Positions 29,895 through 39,619 are shown, counted from the stretch's first letter. The stretch: 64,000 nucleotides of DNA from Bacteriovoracia bacterium (GCA_046570105.1 JBKHVI010000001.1:115013-179012), one strand, 5' to 3'. Notes: generated by a model from the letters alone, not told the origin. Numbers and translations are program-made.

Positions 29895-30772
29895 CCCCAC
29901 CAGCCTGCCGTGATGAGAAAAAGTACCGTCCAGAGAATTTGATTTTCGGCCCAGAACTTTAAAGGCTTTTTTGTTTTGATTGTTCGCCAATAATTAAACA
30001 CCGGCAGCATGAGTCCTAAGAATCCTAAAGCATAGATGATATTCCAAAGCAAATGGCAGCCCATGGCTTGAATCAAATAACTACCCGTGGCAAGTACGAT
30101 CAGCTGAATGACTAAGGCCGCCAGGCTTGCTGGACGTGGGCCCCAGATTTTTGAATATGTGGTATAAGTGTTTTCTTCTTTAGGCATACGAATTTTTCGA
30201 CAGAGTTCCCAATTCGTCATCATCAATACCAGAGGGAGAATTGTATATATTTGCCATTGCTCAACGGCATATGAGGTTGTCTGATTAACTGTTAACAAAT
30301 ACATGAAATGAAAAATAACGATTGGATGATGAGTCACTAAAGCTAAAGGGAGTGACGCCTTCATCTGCTCTTCTCTGAAAAACCACTTGAGCATCAAGAA
30401 TGAATAAAGCAATGACCCCATCGCCATATACAGAACTTCTTCGGACCAAACTGAAACTGCTAAGGTGATAAAAACACAGAACCACCCTAAAACGAGTAGG
30501 TCTTTTTTGAGCACGCGTCCCGATGGTACTGGACGTTTCGGATAATTAATTTTGTCGTCTTCAAAATCTTTAAACTCATCTTTTACACGCAATAGAAGTG
30601 AGAAGAAGCATAAGGCAACACATCCTAACAGCGTGTGCCACTGAAAAGGATGATAAGGTGAGCCGCCTAATCTCCATGCGACAGTGAGCACCATAAATCC
30701 AAGCGAAAATGTGCCAAACCAACTCGACAGAGGATACATTTCACGCAAATAAATAAATATCCGCTTCAGCAT
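29891..30772 (-). CDS. UbiA-superfamily prenyltransferase-like membrane protein
   Basis: Asp-rich RVKDEFKDFEDDKINYPKRPVPSG motif; multiple TM helices. Confidence 0.8.
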   Translation of the reverse strand: MLKRIFIYLREMYPLSSWFGTFSLGFMVLTVAWRLGGSPYHPFQWHTLLGCVALCFFSLLLRVKDEFKDFEDDKINYPKRPVPSGRVLKKDLLVLGWFCVFITLAVSVWSEEVLYMAMGSLLYSFLMLKWFFREEQMKASLPLALVTHHPIVIFHFMYLLTVNQTTSYAVEQWQIYTILPLVLMMTNWELCRKIRMPKEENTYTTYSKIWGPRPASLAALVIQLIVLATGSYLIQAMGCHLLWNIIYALGFLGLMLPVFNYWRTIKTKKPLKFWAENQILWTVLFLITAGWWG

Positions 30773-30778
30773 AAGTTC

Positions 30779-31327
30779 CTACAATGGGTTCTTTCTTAAA
30801 CCCAAGCTCCATAGCAAAACATTGATTAGTAAATGAATACCTGTACCGAGTAGAAATAGTGTCACCCATAAGGTGAAATTCCCCACTCCGCACAGCGCGT
30901 AGATCAAAACGCAACCTATGACTGAGTCGGCCTGATCAATCAGTGAGAATACCCACGGAGAACGCTCGGACATCTCACCAGGCTTAACACCCATTCTTCT
31001 TTTGATAAATGAATTAGGAAGCTCAGGTATCACGTAGCCAAAACCTAAGAGTATTCCTAATCCCCAGACGGAATGAGTTCCAAAAAGTGAAGACTGCCAA
31101 TCTTTAGCCAAGAGAAATGAAAGCCACAATCCCACAACGGTCAAGAGCGGCATAACTACAACGCCACGCCATGTTTTATTCAGGCCAAACCAAGTTTCAT
31201 GCAGAGGGATTTTCAAGTAAGATAAAGCATCCAGTTTCACAATGATCATGTGAACGATCCCCGCTAAAACAAGCGGAAGGGTCATGATGAGCGCATTCTG
31301 CCAAAAGAGTGCATCTGAAATGGACAT
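30779..31327 (-). CDS. CDP-archaeol synthase (CarS)-like CTP transferase
   Basis: FGLNKTWRG, ELPNSFIKRRMG and DQAD motifs; about 5 TM segments. Confidence 0.78.
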   Translation of the reverse strand: MSISDALFWQNALIMTLPLVLAGIVHMIIVKLDALSYLKIPLHETWFGLNKTWRGVVVMPLLTVVGLWLSFLLAKDWQSSLFGTHSVWGLGILLGFGYVIPELPNSFIKRRMGVKPGEMSERSPWVFSLIDQADSVIGCVLIYALCGVGNFTLWVTLFLLGTGIHLLINVLLWSLGLRKNPL

Positions 31328-31346
31328 GGTTCTATTATATGTGGAA

Positions 31347-32591
31347 GTGAGCAAAGTGAACGGAGAAAACCGCTATTTGGCTAAACTTGCTGTGAAGAAC
31401 ATCAACCGCAATCGCGGAAGAAGTTTTTTCATCGGACTTTCTGTCGCCATGTCGGTAGTTATGGCCGTATGGATTCTGGCTTTCTTTGACGGTCTTAATC
31501 ATCAAATTGAAAATGCGGTAGTTAAAGGGAACGTCGGACACTGGCAACTTCAAGAAAAAAATTACGGCCTCACGACTGACCCCACAACTCCTGTTCCATG
31601 GGATATTCAATCACTCGATGGCTTCGATAAAAAAATAATTCAAGCTCAATCTCCAGAACTCGTGCTCGATGGGTACATCTCTGGCACCGAGGGCAATGCT
31701 GCTCTTCAAGTCGTGGGAGTCGACTTCAAACTTCATCAAGAGATGTTCAAGCTTGCAGACCACATAACTTCTGGTCATTGGCCTGTTCAAACTGAGCGTG
31801 GAATTGTTATCGGTCAAGAAGTAGCAGAGCAATTTCAATACGCCGTAGGTGACTCAATTGTTATCAATTTTCAAGATACCAAAGGTGAACTTCGTAGCGA
31901 ACTTTTGCCCGTTCTTGGCATTTATAATCACAACGGCCGCAGCTTTGAGCGTAAATACGCTTATGTCAGTGGCGATGTCGTCGAAGAGTTTCTATTTGGT
32001 TCTGCTGATCCAAAGTTTCTCATCCATCGTGTCGTTCTGATTACAAATGAATTAGCTCAGAGTGAGACAACAGTCGCTGCTGCGGCTAAAAAAACCGACC
32101 TCACCTATAGTTCTTGGAAACAGATCAACCCAGAAATGGGAGTTGTTCTTGATTTCCACGAAGGCCTGATACGTTTCTTTTTTGTTATCATTGCCATTAC
32201 TGTCACTGTAACCATTCTTACTCCTGTCAGCATGCTATGGCATGAACGACTGAGTGAAATTCGTATGATGTCCATTATTGGAGTTCCTAAGAAAAAAATC
32301 TGGCGTCTCGGGATGTTTGAAGCAGTGCTAATGACTTTTCTGGCTGCCACTACAGCTGCTTTTTTTATTCTTGTTATTGTGGGTTTGCACACCAAAACAG
32401 GTATTGATTTTCGTGATATCTCCAACGGTCAAATCATGGAGCGTGCCGGCATCCAATTGCCACGTACAGTATTTCCTCGACTGTTACCCAAGCAGCTACT
32501 CGTCACGTATGGTTTTGTCATTTTGATCATCACGACCAGTTATGCTTTCGCAATTCGTGGCGTGCTTAAAAAAGCGGAGAACATCGCATGA
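31347..32591 (+). CDS. ABC transporter permease (LolC/E, MacB/FtsX family)
   Basis: LAVKNINRNRGRS start, large periplasmic domain, ERLSEIRMMSIIG motif; exact start uncertain. Confidence 0.85.
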   Translation: MSKVNGENRYLAKLAVKNINRNRGRSFFIGLSVAMSVVMAVWILAFFDGLNHQIENAVVKGNVGHWQLQEKNYGLTTDPTTPVPWDIQSLDGFDKKIIQAQSPELVLDGYISGTEGNAALQVVGVDFKLHQEMFKLADHITSGHWPVQTERGIVIGQEVAEQFQYAVGDSIVINFQDTKGELRSELLPVLGIYNHNGRSFERKYAYVSGDVVEEFLFGSADPKFLIHRVVLITNELAQSETTVAAAAKKTDLTYSSWKQINPEMGVVLDFHEGLIRFFFVIIAITVTVTILTPVSMLWHERLSEIRMMSIIGVPKKKIWRLGMFEAVLMTFLAATTAAFFILVIVGLHTKTGIDFRDISNGQIMERAGIQLPRTVFPRLLPKQLLVTYGFVILIITTSYAFAIRGVLKKAENIA

Positions 32592-33796
32592 GCCGCTGGT
32601 TATTTCTGATCAAATTCTCATGGCGCAATCTCGGCAGACAACCTTTGCGCACACTCATCATGGCACTGGGCCTTTGTTTTGGCACAGGCTATATTATTTT
32701 TGCCCTTAACTTCTCCGCCTCAGGCTCCAAAGAAATCGTCAACGATTTCCTCGCGCAATATACCGGTGATCATCAACTGGTCGCTCCTGGCTATTACCCA
32801 GATAATGACAAAAAGAAATTTGATCCACAAAAAACACTTCTTGAATCAAATTTTGAGAATTTTGATCGTACTCGCTACACTCAGCGAATAACTTTGCCAG
32901 TTTTCCTCTCTACTCCTAAAAAAACCCAAGGCACTCTACTTACAGGCCTTGTGCCTTCGCAAGAATTGCGTCTTTCAAATGTCACAAAAGCTCTCTCGCA
33001 AGGCCGCTTCTTAAGTGACGAAGGTCGTAATGAATTGCTGCTTGGAGAAAAGCTGGCTCGCAAGATTGGAGTGACTTTGGGCGGAGAAGTCGCCGGTATC
33101 TCACAAGGCCTTGATGGTTCAACCGCAGTAGATTTATTTACCGTCGTTGGGTTGATGAATTTTGGTGGCGGTGACATGGAGGAGTATGTAGCCTTCACCT
33201 CACTGGCGAGCACGCAAGAGTTTGGTGTCTTTCCGCAAGGTGGATTTCATCAATGGGTGAGTTTTGGCACTTTTGAGTCAAAAGTTCCAAAAGCACCCGA
33301 GGGCACTGAGCTTGTTCCGTGGGATGTAATCCTGCCTGAAATTAACGGTTCGATTCGTTTCATCGATATTTTCACTTGGATCGTGGCCGTCATCATTGTG
33401 GTAGTGATTAGTCTTGGAATGGGTAACACCTTGATGATTACCTTTCTCGAACGGCAGAAAGAGTTTTACTCTCTGAACGTCATCGGCGCACGCTCTTCTT
33501 GGATTGCCGTTTCACTTGCTTTTGAAGTCCTCTTCTTAGGCATTATTGGCATTGGTACTGGGGTGATCTTAGGATTCTTAGTCACGACCCTTTTCCACTA
33601 CTACCCTATTAGCCTTAAACTCTTTACCGGTGGCAAAGCGATTATGATGGGTGGAATGGCCATCATTCCCAAGATTCGACTATCTCACTATTCTCATTAT
33701 TACTGGCAAGCACCACTCCTGGTGTTTAGCTTTTTGTCTTTGAGCCTCATCCTGCCGATTCATAGGATTATTCAAAGGAGCCGTCGTGCTGATTGA
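32588..33796 (+). CDS. ABC transporter permease (LolC/E, MacB/FtsX family)
   Basis: SWRNLGRQPLRT and NTLMITFLERQKEF..IGA motifs. Confidence 0.87.
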   Translation: MSRWLFLIKFSWRNLGRQPLRTLIMALGLCFGTGYIIFALNFSASGSKEIVNDFLAQYTGDHQLVAPGYYPDNDKKKFDPQKTLLESNFENFDRTRYTQRITLPVFLSTPKKTQGTLLTGLVPSQELRLSNVTKALSQGRFLSDEGRNELLLGEKLARKIGVTLGGEVAGISQGLDGSTAVDLFTVVGLMNFGGGDMEEYVAFTSLASTQEFGVFPQGGFHQWVSFGTFESKVPKAPEGTELVPWDVILPEINGSIRFIDIFTWIVAVIIVVVISLGMGNTLMITFLERQKEFYSLNVIGARSSWIAVSLAFEVLFLGIIGIGTGVILGFLVTTLFHYYPISLKLFTGGKAIMMGGMAIIPKIRLSHYSHYYWQAPLLVFSFLSLSLILPIHRIIQRSRRAD

Positions 33797-34466
33797 AATG
33801 CAAAACCTCACTAAAACCTATGGTGAAGGCGATCAACTGGTTCATGCCACTCGAGGCGTGAATTTAGAAATCGTCGAAGGTGATTTTATCGCGGTGGTAG
33901 GCCCATCTGGCTCAGGTAAAACGACTCTTCTGAACTTGCTCGCAGGCCTTATTGGACCCACCTCCGGAACAATTAAACACCGTAACAAAGAAATTCAGAC
34001 TCTCTCTCTCGAAGAGAGAACAGCGCATCGTCTCGCCAACATGGGATTTGTTTTCCAAGACTACCAACTGCTTCCAGTTCTAACCGCGAGAGAAAATGTT
34101 GAACTACCTTTACAGATGCGTGGCGAGCCTCAAAATGAAATAAATCAAAAAACCAAATGGGCCCTTGAGCAAGTCGGTCTTGGCACCATGATGAATCGCT
34201 ATCCCAAGCAGCTCTCCGGTGGACAACAGCAGCGTGTCGCGATTGCTCGTGCCGTTGCCGGAAAACCATCACTTATCCTCGCCGATGAACCTACCGCCAA
34301 CCTTGATTCAAAAACCGCCCAAGATATCATTGATTTGTTTAAACGACTCAATCATGAATATAAACTGACATTTGTCTTCTCTACCCATGATCCTCGTCTG
34401 ATTGATCAGGTAAAGCGTGTGATAAGAATTAAAGATGGTCAGACTCAAGAAGGAAAAGAGCTATGA
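33786..34466 (+). CDS. ABC transporter ATP-binding protein (LolD-like)
   Basis: [26 protein letters not shown] and STHD motifs. Confidence 0.93.
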   Translation: MLIEMQNLTKTYGEGDQLVHATRGVNLEIVEGDFIAVVGPSGSGKTTLLNLLAGLIGPTSGTIKHRNKEIQTLSLEERTAHRLANMGFVFQDYQLLPVLTARENVELPLQMRGEPQNEINQKTKWALEQVGLGTMMNRYPKQLSGGQQQRVAIARAVAGKPSLILADEPTANLDSKTAQDIIDLFKRLNHEYKLTFVFSTHDPRLIDQVKRVIRIKDGQTQEGKEL

Positions 34467-35200
34467 AATTGAAAAAAGAAATTTTCTTTTGTGTCGCTGT
34501 TGGCGGTGCTCCGGTTAAGACAGCTGATCAGTGGCTTAAATACATGGAAGACCAAATGCGCGGAGATCAATCCAAAGCAGAACTCACCATGTTGATCAAA
34601 ACACCCAGCTGGGAGCGCCAGCTTGAAATTCGCTCCGACGTCAAAGGTAAAGACGAGGCATTGACCTTCATTGATGCTCCGGCAAAAGAAAAAGGCACCG
34701 GCACACTTCGTTTGGGCAACAACATGTGGAACTACTTTCCAAAACTCAAACGCAAAGTCACTGTCTCACCTTCCATGTTACTCGCTAACTGGATGGGTTC
34801 AGACTTTACGAACGATGACCTTCTAAAAGCCTCGAGCATGTATGAAGACTACTCTCATACCTTCACTCCCGACCAAACTGTCGATGGTAAGACTTACAAA
34901 GTAATCAATAATCTTGCGAAGTCCGATGCCAAAGTAATCTGGCCTCGCATTGAAACGCTCGCCGACAAAAAAGATTGTCTCCCTCGTTTTCATCGTTATT
35001 ACGATAAAAAAGGCGAACTTATTCGCACATTGGCACTTTCAGAAATAGCTACTTTTGATGGCCATAAAGTTCCCAAGCGTTGGGTGATGACACCCCATAA
35101 GAAAGAAGGCCAACAAACTGAGATGATTTATAAGAAGCTCCAGTTTAAAGTCGACTTCAAATCAAGCCACTTTTCATTGCAAAACTTAACAGGCAACTAG
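34463..35200 (+). CDS. Outer-membrane lipoprotein-sorting (LolA-like) protein
   Basis: PAKEKGTGTL..MWNYFP..WMGSDFTNDD signature; follows lolCDE-like genes. Confidence 0.82.
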   Translation: MKLKKEIFFCVAVGGAPVKTADQWLKYMEDQMRGDQSKAELTMLIKTPSWERQLEIRSDVKGKDEALTFIDAPAKEKGTGTLRLGNNMWNYFPKLKRKVTVSPSMLLANWMGSDFTNDDLLKASSMYEDYSHTFTPDQTVDGKTYKVINNLAKSDAKVIWPRIETLADKKDCLPRFHRYYDKKGELIRTLALSEIATFDGHKVPKRWVMTPHKKEGQQTEMIYKKLQFKVDFKSSHFSLQNLTGN

Positions 35201-36412
35201 ATGTTCAAGCTGCTTATTTTATTTCTTCTGCCGATCTCCGCTTTCGCACTTCCTAAGTACGAGAAAGGTGATTTTAGCTTAGAAGTCTCTGGCAACGTTG
35301 AAGGACAAGCTCGCAAACTCTGGAATCCCACTTCAGCGAAACGTTTTCCCCTGCTGCAAGATTGGAAAGAGTCTGAATATCAAATGGGGATGGCGAACCT
35401 CAACATCAGAGCGGAATTTAAAGAGTCTCGTATTGAAGCTAATTGGTTTGGCCGAGTCGCCAACTCACCTCTCTACGGCGATGGTTTTGAAGCTCCTAAG
35501 CTGATCACATTTCCAAGAAAACTCGTAGCGCGAGATGTATTTCGCTTAGATTACTCACGCCAAGATGGTGACCAGCAAATCGATTCAGTACTTAACAAGT
35601 TTTACTACGAACTTGATGGTGAAGACTCGCGTTTTGCCTTTGGTCGTCTTTTCATCAACTACGGCGCCGGCGAAGTCTTTAATCCTGTTAATCCCTTCAA
35701 TCAACCATTGGGCCTGGCGGCGCAAAGTAATATCGCTCAAGGTAATGATGGAATGAAGGCGAGCTTCTATCCCAGCGATCGTCTCAATCTCAATTTCTAT
35801 CTCTTAGGTAATAAACGCCAAGAAGATTACGAAAATCAAATCACACGAACATTATGGCTTCATGGTGATTACCGCATGGGCGATAGTCTTCAATTTGATT
35901 TTGTAATGGGTGAAGATCAGAAGAGAAACAAGATTGGTGGTCAAGTCAGCTATATCCTGGGCGAAGCCATGATCTTTGCACAGCTGCTTGAATCCTCTGC
36001 TTTTATCGATGGTAAATCGAGCCAGCAGATTAGCGATATTCTTCTTGGCTACGATCATCAATTCACCGCCGCGTGGCACTTTCGCCTTGAACTCGGTCAT
36101 CAAGAGCGCGATCAAGTTTTACTCGAGGCTGACCCAGCGGCTCTAGGCGATCGTCTACTTCCTTACGAATACTTCATCGCCATCGCCCAAACCTATGAAG
36201 TCCATCCGCTGGTCAAAACCTCTGCGACTTTCATCCACGACTTCAAAACTCGCTATGTCTATGGTCTGGGCCGTGTCACCTGGTCTGTCTTTAACGATAT
36301 CGAATGGGATTTCTTCGCCAATGTGCCGATTTATTGGATCGAAGATGAATCTAATCTCGTACAAAAGATTTTTCCGACTGAAGTGGGAACGAGTCTGAGA
36401 GTCTTTTTCTAA
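35201..36412 (+). CDS. Outer-membrane beta-barrel partner of the Lol-like exporter
   Basis: Signal peptide, FGR..INYG...FNPVNPF motif, C-terminal VFF. Confidence 0.72.
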   Translation: MFKLLILFLLPISAFALPKYEKGDFSLEVSGNVEGQARKLWNPTSAKRFPLLQDWKESEYQMGMANLNIRAEFKESRIEANWFGRVANSPLYGDGFEAPKLITFPRKLVARDVFRLDYSRQDGDQQIDSVLNKFYYELDGEDSRFAFGRLFINYGAGEVFNPVNPFNQPLGLAAQSNIAQGNDGMKASFYPSDRLNLNFYLLGNKRQEDYENQITRTLWLHGDYRMGDSLQFDFVMGEDQKRNKIGGQVSYILGEAMIFAQLLESSAFIDGKSSQQISDILLGYDHQFTAAWHFRLELGHQERDQVLLEADPAALGDRLLPYEYFIAIAQTYEVHPLVKTSATFIHDFKTRYVYGLGRVTWSVFNDIEWDFFANVPIYWIEDESNLVQKIFPTEVGTSLRVFF

Positions 36413-36419
36413 AAAAATC

Positions 36420-36749
36420 TTAGATATAGACCGCGATCTGTTGAGCCTCATCGTCTTCAATCACAAGACTAATCTTCACTTTCATGCCCATAGCTTTTGC
36501 ATATTTAGCGAGTGTTGAAATTTTCATATCTTTACGACTTTCAATTTTCGAGACCTCAGGCTGAGTAAGCCCCTTAAGTTCAGTCTGATTCAACCCAATA
36601 AACTCTCTTGCCATCTTTAGACGAAGTTCGCTCGCTCTGATTTGGCCTTTTTTAACCGCACGTTTGAAAGATTTGTCACCCATCGTTTTTTTGGCATGTG
36701 AAAAAAAATCGGGATTATATTTGCTAGCTTTTTTCTTCATAGTTCTCAT
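36420..36749 (-). CDS. XRE/HigA-like HTH antitoxin
   Basis: LKMAREFIGLNQ..TQPEVSKIE..DMKISTL..YAKAMG; lies downstream of the toxin. Confidence 0.82.
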   Translation of the reverse strand: MRTMKKKASKYNPDFFSHAKKTMGDKSFKRAVKKGQIRASELRLKMAREFIGLNQTELKGLTQPEVSKIESRKDMKISTLAKYAKAMGMKVKISLVIEDDEAQQIAVYI

Positions 36750-36753
36750 CCTG

Positions 36754-37107
36754 TTAAGTTTTCGATCTATTTCCCAGGTAGCGTAAATAAATCTTCTCAC
36801 TCTGCTCAATCATCGTTTTGTAGAATTTCTTATCTCCACTGCTTGATTTATTCCCACCGATAAGAAGTACTCCATTTCGATTTGGATCAAATACATAAAA
36901 AATTCGTATAACCCTTTCTCTGCTATTGAATCGTAACTCTTTTAAATTAGAAATTACGCTGGCCCTAAGTGTATCTGCATAAGGTCTTCTGAGTTCAGGC
37001 CCTAGTTCTCTTAAAAGTTCCACATGCTCTAATATATCTTCCTGAAGCCGTTTATCTGATCCGTCAAACCAGTCTTGGAACTCTGGAGTTTGCACAATAT
37101 TCCACAC
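36754..37107 (-). CDS. RelE/HigB (Gp49-like) type II toxin; start ATG 37113 or GTG 37107
   Basis: WNIVQTPEFQDWF, GPELRRPYADTL..S..NLKELR and RIFYVFDP..LLIGGNK motifs. Confidence 0.88.
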   Translation of the reverse strand: MWNIVQTPEFQDWFDGSDKRLQEDILEHVELLRELGPELRRPYADTLRASVISNLKELRFNSRERVIRIFYVFDPNRNGVLLIGGNKSSSGDKKFYKTMIEQSEKIYLRYLGNRSKT

Positions 37108-37113
37108 TCTCAT
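36754..37113 (-). CRISPR. not CRISPR - see CDS call below
   Basis: No CRISPR repeat here; disregard this entry, the region is the toxin CDS listed next. Confidence 0.
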
Positions 37114-37147
37114 TATACCCCCAAAAGCATATGCATTCAAATGCATA
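37112..37147 (-). promoter_or_regulatory. Sigma70 promoter with overlapping palindromic operator of the TA operon
   Basis: Minus-strand TTGAAT (37140-37135)-N17-TATAAT (37117-37112); palindrome TATGCAT-tcaa-ATGCATA at 37130-37147. Confidence 0.7.
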
Positions 37148-37301
37148 CCAGAAACGGTCGCAAGCTGTGATAATGTCGTTAGTGAACGTCATAACCCACC
37201 ACTTTTGAGCTTTTACGCTGGCATGCGGGAAGAAGCTCATTTTATTGGCAGAAAATGTGATTTTTTTCGATTAGGAAACTAATCTTTAGAAGTATTCATA
37301 C

Positions 37302-39563
37302 TTATTTCAAAATCTCCACCACACCCGTTCTACCATCGACACGCACGCGCATGCCCGTCTTAAGTTTCTTGGTGGCACCCGTGAGATTTAGCACGGCTGG
37401 AATGCCGTATTCGCGGCCAATAACAGCCGCATGAGATAATACCCCACCCACCTCAGTGATAATCGCTGAAGCGCGTGCCATGGTGGGTGTCCAGCCAGGG
37501 TCAGTGAATTTTGTGACGAGAACTTCACCGCTCATAAGAAGGTTCGCCTCTGATAAATCCAAAACGACCCGTACCACTGCCTCGACCTCACCACTTGAGC
37601 AACCAATGCCTTGTAGCCCTGAGGTATCTTTTGAAATCGTCAGTGCACCACCGAACTCGTTCGGTGCTTCAAAGTTGCGATAGCCTTTCAAAAGCAAATC
37701 TCTTTTGCGCCATTCTTTTTTATTGGGGATATCTTGGCTCACAAATTCATCGAACTTTAAAAGATGAATCTCGCCCGCCTTTAGGCCCAAGCGTCTCTCA
37801 CCTTCAAGCAGCATTTTCCTGACCAGGTAATACGCTCTTGTGGAGTACGCCCGCATGCTCTCTCTTTGCGTTAGGTAATTACGCGCACGTAGTAACTGTC
37901 GCTTCACTTGATTTTTCTCAAACAGATTCCAGCTCCAGCGAGTCTGAAGTGAGCGATCTAGCCGTTCCCATTCATCCTGCCAATTTTCATTTGAATGATG
38001 TTGAGCCGGTTTGACGTCTTTAAGCATTTCCAGAACACGAACTGGATTTTCACCCCAGCGTGGCACGGTTAAATCAAGTTCCACGTCGCCATGATGATAA
38101 TGCCGCTCGAGAAATTGATTCAGGCTTTCTTGAAAGCTCGCTTTGCCTTCATGCTTCTTGAGATTTTCCAGATCACTCAGAATATCCATGTGACTCATCT
38201 TATCTAGATTTGAGAGCAGTTTGAGAAGGTCACAACCCGGATTAAGCTTTGTGATCTTATTTTTAAGATCGGTTTGAAAATTGGAATTGTTATAAATTGT
38301 GCGAAAGTAACTCGTTTCAGTACGAAATTGATACGCATCGACCTCGCGAACTAATTGCCAAAAATCGCGGTCATTGAGTTCCTGACAACTCTCAACTCTT
38401 GGTCTCAGCCTTTGATCTTGTCCTTCAAACCAAGCTGGAAATTTTTCCAACATGCGTTCACAGTTTTGGTATTCAAATGTCACTGCTGCTAGCGCGTTTA
38501 ATGCAACTAAGACGGATTGCGGAGTGATCCCCGTTTTCTCTGGGCCCTTTGCCCCGTAGTCTTTGGTAATACCTAGACCCTGATCAAAAACTTTTTCATC
38601 GTAACCAGGAATGCGCTTCAAAGCTTCTTTAACCACTCCTGCATTCCAAAATCCTCTTCCATAGAGATGATACATCCATTGATAAGCATCCCCTGAGCGC
38701 AGGAGCGAGATGTCTTCAAAATAGCGGCCCATAGAAGATTGCAGTGCACGTTGATAGAGTGAGTACATCATCGGGGGACAAACACGTGCTGATATGCCGC
38801 CATCTTTTAAATCAGCATTGGTGAGTTCCGGCACATCTCTGCGCCAGGCCACATGGGTAACAGGACGAGCTTGCAGAATCCAAATCTTGCCGGCGGGATC
38901 AATCGCCCATTCGATATCTTGCGGATGACCGTAGTGAGTTTGAATTTCCAGTGCAAGCCGAGTGAGAACTTTTAATTCATTATCAGAGAGCCCGGTCTTT
39001 TCATCATTAATCTCCGCCGATACAACTACTTCTTCACTCCAATCATAGCGATAGCGCGAAGGAGTTACATGTCCTGACACCAATCTCTCTCCAAGACCGG
39101 CACAGACTTCGATATAAAAAATTTCTTCCTGTCCCAAGACGGGATCAATCGTGAACAGCACCCCCGCTCTTTCGGCTGGCACCATTTTCTGCACCATCAC
39201 GCGCATGCTCTTTTCTAACTCGTCTTTCGAGATAGTCTGTCCGTGAGTTTGAAGATAGTCACGCACACGCTCAGATTGACTGGAGTTAAAACACTCTTCA
39301 ATGGCATTTTTGAGTTGCGCCTCATCCTGGATTCGCAAGATCGATTCGTACATACCAGCAAAGCTGGCATCTCCCAGATCCTCAATGGTGCCCGACGAGC
39401 GAGCGGCGACGGGATATCCCCCGATTTTGGCGACCTCTTGGGCTAAGTCACGAGCCTCGCCCCTCGAAGGAACAATAAAAAAGGGCGGAACGGGCATATG
39501 TATCGCCTCGAGCTCCCTTAAGCGCCCTGCCTTACTACCCGCATCATGAAAAACTGATACCAT
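37302..39563 (-). CDS. PEP-utilising dikinase-fold enzyme (RPH/PigC-like), copy B
   Basis: GSKA, AARSS..ED..SFAG, GLGERLVSG, QDIEWA, LQARPVT, TDPGW and SHAAVIGREYGIP motifs. Confidence 0.88.
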   Translation of the reverse strand: MVSVFHDAGSKAGRLRELEAIHMPVPPFFIVPSRGEARDLAQEVAKIGGYPVAARSSGTIEDLGDASFAGMYESILRIQDEAQLKNAIEECFNSSQSERVRDYLQTHGQTISKDELEKSMRVMVQKMVPAERAGVLFTIDPVLGQEEIFYIEVCAGLGERLVSGHVTPSRYRYDWSEEVVVSAEINDEKTGLSDNELKVLTRLALEIQTHYGHPQDIEWAIDPAGKIWILQARPVTHVAWRRDVPELTNADLKDGGISARVCPPMMYSLYQRALQSSMGRYFEDISLLRSGDAYQWMYHLYGRGFWNAGVVKEALKRIPGYDEKVFDQGLGITKDYGAKGPEKTGITPQSVLVALNALAAVTFEYQNCERMLEKFPAWFEGQDQRLRPRVESCQELNDRDFWQLVREVDAYQFRTETSYFRTIYNNSNFQTDLKNKITKLNPGCDLLKLLSNLDKMSHMDILSDLENLKKHEGKASFQESLNQFLERHYHHGDVELDLTVPRWGENPVRVLEMLKDVKPAQHHSNENWQDEWERLDRSLQTRWSWNLFEKNQVKRQLLRARNYLTQRESMRAYSTRAYYLVRKMLLEGERRLGLKAGEIHLLKFDEFVSQDIPNKKEWRKRDLLLKGYRNFEAPNEFGGALTISKDTSGLQGIGCSSGEVEAVVRVVLDLSEANLLMSGEVLVTKFTDPGWTPTMARASAIITEVGGVLSHAAVIGREYGIPAVLNLTGATKKLKTGMRVRVDGRTGVVEILK

Positions 39564-39619
39564 TCTTTGATATTATCACGGGCCCCCTCTGTGCGCCGTG
39601 CGACAAGTGTTTCATTTTT

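Noticed and set aside
27375..39563. Calling the two dikinase-fold genes ppsA/ppdK
   Set aside because: They lack the C-terminal PEP-binding barrel, and the His domain is terminal as in RPH/PigC
22046..39563. Prodigiosin/tambjamine gene cluster
   Set aside because: No prolyl-carrier, pyrrole PKS or MBC biosynthesis genes are present
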